From an uncultured Candidatus Saccharibacteria bacterium (GTDB lineage Bacteria > Patescibacteriota > Doudnabacteria > UBA920): 64,000 nucleotides of DNA. How positions within the stretch are numbered: the first letter of the stretch is position 1; each line of letters opens with the position of its first letter. Of the stretch, positions 57,916 to 64,000 are shown piece after piece. Where the stretch lies: assembly GCA_964453265.1 (NCBI GenBank), contig CAYVNU010000003.1:3957-67956 (forward strand), in the 5' to 3' direction. The position numbers and the translations under genes were made by a program. Below the pieces are notes generated by a model. That model searched no databases. It saw nothing but the letters and a program-made list of their open reading frames with translations, and was not told the DNA's origin.

Positions 57916-58041
57916 TTAAACTATTTCTTCAGAAGGGCTTTCGGTGCCTGTTTCTTCTTTGTCTTCGTCTGTTGTTTGGGTGTCGTCGCTGGCACTTCCA
58001 GCATCCGGCATATTTGCCGGAGGAACATCTTCGTAAAACAT
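57916..58041 (-). CDS. small acidic hypothetical protein (41 aa)
   Basis: MFYEDVPPANMPDAGSASDDTQTTDEDKEETGTESPSEEIV with purine-rich SD aggaagaaaggg upstream; below ORF-track cut-off; speculative. Confidence 0.25.
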   Translation of the reverse strand: MFYEDVPPANMPDAGSASDDTQTTDEDKEETGTESPSEEIV

Positions 58042-58101
58042 ATTTTTCCCTTTCTTCCTTTCTCCTAAAAAGTGAAAGGATGTTAAAGTAGAATTAGTAT
58101 A

Positions 58102-58647
58102 TCAGCGGATTTTTTTTATGTCCAGGTGTTTTGTAAAAAAGTGGCCGGCAGACATGGCAATGGCAACCGCATCTGCGGCATCATCGGGTTTGGGCGGACT
58201 TTTTAATTTAAAAGTTTTTTGAATAATGTACTGCACTTGTTTTTTTTCCGCTTTGCCATATCCGCAAATAAAGTTTTTTACTTGGAGCGGGGTAAATTCA
58301 TAAATCGGAATTTTATGTTTTTCACAAATGTATAAAATCACTCCCCGAGCTTGGCTTACGCTCATTACTGTTTTTTGATTGGTGGTAAAAAAAAGTTTTT
58401 CTATTCCGACTGCTTCGGGCTTATATTTTGCGATTATTTCGGATGCATCGTCCGCCAAAATTTTTAACCGCTCTGCGTCAGAAAGTTTTTTGTCCGTAGC
58501 AATTACCCCAAAATCAACCAACACAGGTTGGTTTTTTCCGCCATAGGCGGATCCGCCCAAATACCCTTTAGGGTTTTTGGCGGAGTTTATTTCAATAATT
58601 CCGTAGCCCGTTGTGGCAGTGCCGGGGTCAATGCCGAGAATAATCAT
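58102..58647 (-). CDS. ruvC: crossover junction endodeoxyribonuclease RuvC
   Basis: MIILGIDPGTATTGYGII N-terminal catalytic Asp motif; yebC-ruvC synteny. Confidence 0.9.
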   Translation of the reverse strand: MIILGIDPGTATTGYGIIEINSAKNPKGYLGGSAYGGKNQPVLVDFGVIATDKKLSDAERLKILADDASEIIAKYKPEAVGIEKLFFTTNQKTVMSVSQARGVILYICEKHKIPIYEFTPLQVKNFICGYGKAEKKQVQYIIQKTFKLKSPPKPDDAADAVAIAMSAGHFFTKHLDIKKIR

Positions 58648-58996
58648 TTTTTTTAAAATTTATTACTACCACTGGTTCATTATTGTAATTAGGATATAAT
58701 TTGCTCCAAATGAATGAGGTGTTAGTGGGTGTTATCCCTCTTCCAAACTTGCTTACGTCTTTGGTTTGGTCTTTCAGATCTTTGAAATTTTTATATGTTT
58801 CGATAGCGATAATTATTACTTCAGCCTGCCCTATCGAGCATTCAAATATTATTTTTTCACCTGGTATAGGTAGAGAAACAAAATCTGCTAAAGGCCTAGC
58901 CTCAGCTGTTTTATTTCCCGATAATATTTGTTCAAAAAATTCTTTTTTTACAAATATTTTTCGTGGTTCTTCAGTTTTTATTTCAAGAGTTTCCAT
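58628..58996 (-). CDS. ASCH/PUA-like domain protein (hypothetical)
   Basis: 122 aa; EFFEQILSGNKTAEAR resembles ASCH N-terminal motif. Confidence 0.4.
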   Translation of the reverse strand: METLEIKTEEPRKIFVKKEFFEQILSGNKTAEARPLADFVSLPIPGEKIIFECSIGQAEVIIIAIETYKNFKDLKDQTKDVSKFGRGITPTNTSFIWSKLYPNYNNEPVVVINFKKNDYSRH

Positions 58997-59718
58997 TATA
59001 AGTTTGCTGAAGTATGAACTGCAATAACGTCCTCATCCTTCTCCAGCTCCGCAAATAACGCGTCTACCTTTGGCTTCTGCTCTTCGGTTAAGTCTACGCC
59101 CTGCGAAGATTCTTTAATAACATCGGCGCGGGCGATTTTCGCTCCCGCTTTTAGCAAAGATTCTTTTATTTTTTGCAAGTCTAAAGGTTTGGTATACACC
59201 TCTAAACCTTCTTGGCTTTCTCTTACGTCGTCTGCACCTGCGTCAATAGCCTTTAACTCAATCTCCGATAAGTCATCGCGGTCACGCTCAACTAAAATTT
59301 GTCCTTTGGTAGAAAATTGCCAGGCTACACTATTTTGCGCCCCTATGCTGCCGCCGTGCTCGGAAAATATGTGGCGAATGTTTTGAAAAGTTCTATTGGT
59401 GTTGTCTGTGGCGCATTCAACTAAAAATGCTGTGCCAAAAGGGCCGTAGCCTTCGTAAACAACTTCGGTTATGCTGCCCGCTCCCCCGCCCGTTGCGGCT
59501 TTTATGGCCCTTTCTATGTTGTCATTCGGCATGCCTTGGTCTTTGGCATAGTCTACGGCGCTTTTAAGTTTAAAATTCACGCCAGGGTCGCCACTACCGC
59601 CGCCCTCTTTAACGGCAATGGAAATTTTTTTCCCTAACTTTGAATACAAAAGTCCGCGCTTTTGATCAAGCACACCTTTGGTTCTTTTAATTTGTGACCA
59701 CTTACTATGTCCGGACAT
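58996..59718 (-). CDS. yebC: YebC/PmpR family DNA-binding transcriptional regulator
   Basis: MSGHSKWSQIKRTKGVLDQKRG invariant N-terminus; start placed at this Met rather than upstream ORF-track Met. Confidence 0.9.
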   Translation of the reverse strand: MSGHSKWSQIKRTKGVLDQKRGLLYSKLGKKISIAVKEGGGSGDPGVNFKLKSAVDYAKDQGMPNDNIERAIKAATGGGAGSITEVVYEGYGPFGTAFLVECATDNTNRTFQNIRHIFSEHGGSIGAQNSVAWQFSTKGQILVERDRDDLSEIELKAIDAGADDVRESQEGLEVYTKPLDLQKIKESLLKAGAKIARADVIKESSQGVDLTEEQKPKVDALFAELEKDEDVIAVHTSANL

Positions 59719-60523
59719 CTTCAGATAAATTTTTAGTTTTTTCCCCAATCTTTAATTTAGCGAGACTATCACTTACGGTGTCATGACTGACTTTAATATA
59801 ATAGTCTTCAGCATCAACAATAACATGCATGCCTACATCTAAGATCATTACTTTTTTTTCACCGGTTTTTGTATTTATAATTAAAAACCAAGTATCCAAA
59901 GGATGCGTTTCTGAAATGCTTAGTGCAATACCGTTTTTTTCGGCTAATACCAAATCTTTTTCTATGGTCTCACGGATTATATTTATACTTTCTGGGTCAT
60001 ATTCATATTCTTCAGAATTACTTAAATCAAATATTTCAAACCCGTCTTTAGAAATGTCAGAAATTAATAAAGACTTAATCCCCTGTCTATCCTCCATAAG
60101 TCTTACAGTATTTGGTAAGTTAAATTTATGTTCACCTTTAGGAATTAAACCGTTTATTTTTTTTAACGCCATCATTTTACTGAAGTTTTTTTCAACTTGT
60201 TCATTTACATTTTTTATGATCTCGGGTTTACTTTCTTCCCAAGTAGGTTTACGTGGCACATAAATTCCTGGGTCTTCTAAAGGCTCGTCCTCACTATTTT
60301 TTAACATTTGGAAAGTAGAAACTATAGCATTATCTTTTCGTATAAAACTCTGTGTTAAGGTTCTAGTTTTACTTCCAACACTAACAATTACGTCAACAGA
60401 TCTTACTATGGACTCTACTCCTCCTTTTAGTTCTTCCTGACCTTTTTCCTTTTCTTCTTCGGAAATAAAAGCTTGGCTTTGGCTAAAACCTTGGTCGGGG
60501 TTTTGTTTATAAATCTTGCTCAT
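59705..60523 (-). CDS. hypothetical protein (272 aa)
   Basis: long ORF in operon-like array yebC-ruvC, no recognisable motif. Confidence 0.45.
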   Translation of the reverse strand: MSKIYKQNPDQGFSQSQAFISEEEKEKGQEELKGGVESIVRSVDVIVSVGSKTRTLTQSFIRKDNAIVSTFQMLKNSEDEPLEDPGIYVPRKPTWEESKPEIIKNVNEQVEKNFSKMMALKKINGLIPKGEHKFNLPNTVRLMEDRQGIKSLLISDISKDGFEIFDLSNSEEYEYDPESINIIRETIEKDLVLAEKNGIALSISETHPLDTWFLIINTKTGEKKVMILDVGMHVIVDAEDYYIKVSHDTVSDSLAKLKIGEKTKNLSEDVRT

Positions 60524-61338
60524 TTAAATGATATTAATATTGTCAGTTCCCCTTTAATAGCCGCGCGGTCTTTTAGTTGGTGCATTACTTCGTCCGGATT
60601 GCCGCGAATAAATTCTTCATGTATTTTGGTTAGTTCGCGCGCTACCACAACTTGTGAATTTGGAAAGGCGTTGGAAATATAGGAAAGAGTTTTTAAAATT
60701 CTTTCCGGTGACTCGTAAAAAATTGCTGTGGCTTCAGCGCTTGCTGCAGCTTCCAGTGCCCCAACTGCTTTGGCTGCGGTTTTTTGTAAAAAACCTAAAA
60801 ACATAAATTTGTCGGTAGGTAGGCCGGAAGCAGAGAGTGCAACAATAGCCGCACTGGCGCCAGGAATTGGCACTACACTTACATTTTGTGCCACGCATTC
60901 CCGAACCAGTCTAAAGCCTGGGTCAGAAATTCCAGGCGTGCCTGCGTCGGTAATTAAGCACCCGTTTTCTTTAATTAACCTTCGTGATAACTCTTTAAGC
61001 ACTTGTTGTTCGTTGTGCTCCGCAAACTGAACAATTTCTTTGTCTTTTAAGAAATTTTTAATCTTGATCGAACCCAAATGTATTTGAGCGGAAACTAAAG
61101 AATTCCTTGATTGTCCCATCCCGAGTGCATCCGAGGGATCGCTTTGTTCTTCAGGGTTAAGGGATTCCTCACTGGCGTTCGGAATGGTTGCAGGACTAAG
61201 TCCGTCAATATACTGCAATAATCTCTTGCTATACCCTGGGTTTTCGGCAATTATAAAATCGCACAATTTTAAAGTTTTAATTGCGCGCAAAGTAATATCT
61301 CCTAAATTTCCAATTGGGGTTGCTACGACATACAACAT
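60520..61338 (-). CDS. rsmI: 16S rRNA (cytidine1402-2'-O)-methyltransferase RsmI (tetrapyrrole-methylase fold)
   Basis: MLYVVATPIGNLGDITLRAIKTLKLCDFIIAE N-terminus typical of RsmI; contains an acidic low-complexity insert. Confidence 0.85.
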   Translation of the reverse strand: MLYVVATPIGNLGDITLRAIKTLKLCDFIIAENPGYSKRLLQYIDGLSPATIPNASEESLNPEEQSDPSDALGMGQSRNSLVSAQIHLGSIKIKNFLKDKEIVQFAEHNEQQVLKELSRRLIKENGCLITDAGTPGISDPGFRLVRECVAQNVSVVPIPGASAAIVALSASGLPTDKFMFLGFLQKTAAKAVGALEAAASAEATAIFYESPERILKTLSYISNAFPNSQVVVARELTKIHEEFIRGNPDEVMHQLKDRAAIKGELTILISFK

Positions 61339-61370
61339 AGTATAATTGACAAGAATTAAAAGATTTAAAT

Positions 61371-61789
61371 GAATGACAAGATTTAAGACAACTTGCCCGG
61401 GTGATTTTTAATAGCGGTATTGCGTGAAGCCGTCATAATAGCTGTTATTTCGTCAGCCTCTTTTAACAAATCTTCAACAAAAGATAGTTCTACAATTTCT
61501 GAAGCGATTAATAATTCAAGCCAGCCTAAAGTTTCGTCAGATTCTTCAACCACCGTACCCATTTTAGAAATAAAGTCTTTAGGAGACTTGCATCTGCATG
61601 CTGCGCGGTAGTTACTAAAAACACTGGTTCCTGAGCGCATTATTTGGTCACCAATTTTTTTGCCTGTATTTCCGTGGTTCTTTTCTAGGTATTGTGCAAG
61701 TTTTATTATACTAACCGCAAACTTTTTTGTTCTGGCTTTTAATTCGTTGGGATTCATAATCATTTAAATCATTTAAATCTTGTCATTCT
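61371..61789. mobile_element. inverted-repeat-flanked cassette around the intact four-helix-bundle gene (IVS-like hairpin element)
   Basis: gaatgacaagatttaa (61371-61386, overlapping stop codon) and its reverse complement ttaaatcttgtcattc (61774-61789, 11 nt upstream of start codon); extra atttaaatga direct repeats on both sides. Confidence 0.55.
61383..61763 (-). CDS. four-helix-bundle protein (23S rRNA intervening-sequence protein family), intact copy
   Basis: FAVSIIKLAQYL...IGDQIMRSGTSVFSNYRAACRCKSPKDFISKMGTVVEESDETLGWLELL matches TIGR02436-type consensus. Confidence 0.7.
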   Translation of the reverse strand: MIMNPNELKARTKKFAVSIIKLAQYLEKNHGNTGKKIGDQIMRSGTSVFSNYRAACRCKSPKDFISKMGTVVEESDETLGWLELLIASEIVELSFVEDLLKEADEITAIMTASRNTAIKNHPGKLS

Positions 61790-61800
61790 TTTAAATCTAT

Positions 61801-62076
61801 CTATTCGTCTTTGTTTTCCAGTCCAAACATTTCTTCTATTAGGGCGTACTCGTTGCGTAGGCGTTCCCTGTATTCATTTAGTTCCCACTTTTCATCACCT
61901 GTGGCTTCTTGGTATTTGTCCTCAGTTTGTTCAAGTTCGTCGTTTATAACTTCCATGCGCGCGTAAGCTTCATCTTCTGTTTGAGGCGCTTCTAAAACCC
62001 AGTCTTGATATGAAAGACCTAAACGGTCTTCGTATTTTTCTTCAAATAAATCTCTAACTTTTTCTTCGTCTAACAT
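61801..62076 (-). CDS. small acidic hypothetical protein
   Basis: start chosen at MLDEEKVRDLFEE; the longer ORF-track N-terminus is encoded by a terminator T-tract; weak RBS, speculative. Confidence 0.3.
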   Translation of the reverse strand: MLDEEKVRDLFEEKYEDRLGLSYQDWVLEAPQTEDEAYARMEVINDELEQTEDKYQEATGDEKWELNEYRERLRNEYALIEEMFGLENKDE

Positions 62077-62131
62077 ATGTATGTGTTGTTTGGTTAATGC
62101 TTTATATATATTAGCGCAAAATATAAAAATT

Positions 62132-62189
62132 AAAAACCCCTTGTTTGGCACCTAAGCCGTCGGGCATAAAAGGTGCTAAAGGGGTTTTT
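62132..62189 (-). terminator. intrinsic terminator with nested stems and U-tract on minus strand
   Basis: aaaaacccc...gcacct-loop-aggtgc...ggggttttt; minus-strand downstream sequence aatttttatattttg. Confidence 0.65.
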
Positions 62190-62357
62190 AGGAAAAGCCT
62201 AAAGAAGAGTAAAAGTTATGCGCAAACCGCATAACCAAAAGTCCAGAAAATTAGGACATTAATGGCGCGTTAAGCGCTGAAATTCAATTTTATTAAATTG
62301 TATTTTAATTTTTGTTTCGTTCTCCAAAAAAGGAGAAGAAATAGCTTTTCTATATAT

Positions 62358-62386
62358 ATTATAGCACAGCTAAATTTTTTTTGCAA
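62358..62386 (-). promoter_or_regulatory. minus-strand promoter TTGCAA-N17-TGcTATAAT
   Basis: reverse complement reads ttgcaa-aaaaaatttagctgtgc-tataat; identical architecture to 33596-33624. Confidence 0.5.
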
Positions 62387-62469
62387 GCCGCGAACTTGTT
62401 ATTGTGAGTTTTGTGTTCAAAGAGGAAAAGAATAAATTGCTTTGACCACACTAACAATGACGGGGTTTC

Positions 62470-63453
62470 TTACAGCGTTGTAATTGGTCTGCTTTGGGTA
62501 ATATAAAATTTTCCTTTTTCAAAAGCCCATTCAATATCTTGCGGTTGTTTGTAGTGCTGTTCAATTTTTTTGCAAATTTTTGCAAGTTCTACAATTTGTT
62601 TTCCGGAAAGTTTTTGCTTGCCGCCTTCTTTTGTAGAAAGTCTTTTATTTATGTTACCTTTTTCAGTTTTTACAATTTTCATATTTTGCTCAGAAATATT
62701 TATGTTCAAAATAGAAAAATCTTTTTTGTCTATTATGTAGGTGTCAGGGGTTATAAGTCCCCCGACTATAGCTTCGCCCAAACCAAAGCCGCCTTCTATA
62801 ACCATTTGATTGTAGTTTTTAGTAACCGGATGCACGGTAAAGCAAATGCCGGAAACTTCGCTCTGCACCATTTTTTGAACAACCACGGCTACACTAATAC
62901 CTCCTCTCCCTTTGGGAGAGGGTTGGGGTGAGGGTTCCTTTTGTTTGGTTGCCTTGTAAAACCCTTTCTCAAACCCGTAAAATATAGCTCTAGGTGTAAA
63001 TAAAGAAGACCAGCACATTTTAACCTGCTTGATCAGATTTTTTTCAGTAACATTTAGGTAAGTTTCTAACTCCCCTGCCCACGAGGCAGTTTTGCTGTCT
63101 TCGGCTGTAGCGGAAGATCTGACAGCAACAAACTTTGCACCAAGTTTTTTATATTCGCCTGATATTTCTTTTTGTAAATTTTCTGGCATCTTTTCCTCTA
63201 ATATTAGTTTTCGTATTTCGCTACTTGCTTTGTCTATGGAACTTATGTCTTTAGGGTTTACTTTTTTTAAAATCAACTGTATGCCAGCCTTGATTTTAGT
63301 TTCTTGTATAAACTTGTCAAAAGCCCCGGCTAAAACTACAAAACCCGGCGGTACGTTTACTCCTGCTTTGCTCATTTCACCCAAAGACGCACCCTTACCT
63401 CCGGCAATTTTTACGTCCTTTTTAGAAAGTTGTAAAAAAGTTTTTATGTTCAT
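62470..63453 (-). CDS. PEP synthase/pyruvate phosphate dikinase N-terminal ATP-binding (PPDK_N) domain protein with in-frame palindromic-element insertion
   Basis: KIAGGKGASLGEMSKAGVNVPPGFVV nucleotide-binding motif; SPQPSPKGRGG segment encoded by repeat at 62899-62934. Confidence 0.75.
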   Translation of the reverse strand: MNIKTFLQLSKKDVKIAGGKGASLGEMSKAGVNVPPGFVVLAGAFDKFIQETKIKAGIQLILKKVNPKDISSIDKASSEIRKLILEEKMPENLQKEISGEYKKLGAKFVAVRSSATAEDSKTASWAGELETYLNVTEKNLIKQVKMCWSSLFTPRAIFYGFEKGFYKATKQKEPSPQPSPKGRGGISVAVVVQKMVQSEVSGICFTVHPVTKNYNQMVIEGGFGLGEAIVGGLITPDTYIIDKKDFSILNINISEQNMKIVKTEKGNINKRLSTKEGGKQKLSGKQIVELAKICKKIEQHYKQPQDIEWAFEKGKFYITQSRPITTL

Positions 63454-63458
63454 AAAAA

Positions 63459-63950
63459 TTATTTAATTTTCCTCACAATCCCCTTGTTAGCATCTACTTC
63501 AACCATGTCTCCATCCTTAAAAACTTTGGTAGCGATTTTAGTGCCGATTATGCAAGGAACGCCGAGTTCTCGCGAAACTATGGCTGCGTGGGAAGTTATA
63601 CCACCCATATCAGAAATTATTGCCGAGCATTTTTTTAGCGCAGGCATTAAATCGGCAGTTGTGGTGTGAGATACAAGAATACAGCCCTTAAAGGCCTTTT
63701 TAAAGTCTTGGCCTGGGTTTATTATTACAGCCTTGCCTTGCACTATACCGGGGTAGGCAACCTGTCCTTTAATTTGTGAAATCTTATTGTTGTTAAAGTT
63801 TATAATTTTTTTATATATTATTCCCCACTCTTTTTTGCTTAAATTAAAAGCATTGCCATTAAAAAAAATAGTTCCCGAAACAGGGGTATATTTTACACCA
63901 GGGAAGATTCGTTTATGTGAACACAAATATAAAAATTGTTTAAAATTCAA
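63459..63950 (-). CDS. PEP-utilizing enzyme mobile (phosphohistidine) domain protein
   Basis: ISDMGGITSHAAIVSRELGVPCIIGT phosphohistidine motif; immediately upstream of the PPDK_N gene on the same strand. Confidence 0.75.
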   Translation of the reverse strand: MNFKQFLYLCSHKRIFPGVKYTPVSGTIFFNGNAFNLSKKEWGIIYKKIINFNNNKISQIKGQVAYPGIVQGKAVIINPGQDFKKAFKGCILVSHTTTADLMPALKKCSAIISDMGGITSHAAIVSRELGVPCIIGTKIATKVFKDGDMVEVDANKGIVRKIK

Positions 63951-64000
63951 ATTTAAAATTTCAACTACCGGTAAATTTAGTTGTTTGGAAAGTTTTTTTG

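Noticed and set aside
62077-62151. N-terminal 25 codons of ORF 61801-62151 (MPNKGFLIFIFCANIYK...)
   Set aside because: Encoded by the terminator hairpin and its U-tract; start moved to Met at 62076
1-64000. CRISPR arrays, rRNA genes, transposases or integrases
   Set aside because: Searched by eye for regularly spaced direct repeats and DDE/tyrosine-recombinase-like ORFs; none seen. The only regular repeats are short microsatellites and the palindromic element families reported above

Overview
This 64 kb window is low-GC (roughly 35-40%) bacterial chromosome carrying the replication origin neighbourhood (jag-yidC-yidD-rnpA-rpmH on +, dnaA-dnaN-recF-DUF721 on -). It also carries rpoB-rpoC, uvrB, polA, tyrS, ruvA, ruvB and yebC-ruvC, a class A PBP, an O-antigen-ligase-like protein, a MurE-like ligase with a FemAB-family protein, tsaB/tsaE, a type IV pilus/T2SS ATPase, two huge paralogous surface proteins, a BrnT/BrnA toxin-antitoxin pair and a RhuM-Fic gene. 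Gene content (FemAB, short TsaB, PilB, small YidC, degenerate domains) and composition suggest a Candidate Phyla Radiation / Patescibacteria-like genome; this is inference. I found no CRISPR array, no rRNA and no classical IS transposase. Several unusual things remain unexplained by routine annotation. (1) A family of about 35 bp palindromic elements is inserted in frame inside at least two essential-type genes and also sits in intergenic DNA, in the manner of Rickettsia RPE elements; two further short motifs are each shared in frame between unrelated genes. (2) Two hairpin-flanked cassettes each carry a gene for a four-helix-bundle protein of the family normally encoded inside 23S rRNA intervening sequences; one copy has a -1 frameshift. 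(3) A roughly 520 nt GC-rich structured RNA locus has a perfect consensus promoter and an intrinsic terminator, and ends in a 78 nt tRNA-like module with CCA; I consider tmRNA a candidate identity but could not confirm it. (4) Two sharply GC-rich (about 58-62%) single-gene islands look horizontally acquired. (5) Two loci carry split PEP-synthase-like modules. (6) PolA contains an unusual GC-rich low-complexity insert and 7 bp microsatellites. (7) A palindromic GTCCTAT repeat array lies upstream of uvrB. (8) A hairpin with compensatory base changes is conserved in the leaders of the two surface-protein paralogs. Many strong sigma-70-like promoters (TTGACA-N17-TATAAT type) and rho-independent terminators are visible. 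All family assignments come from motif recognition by eye, without database searches.
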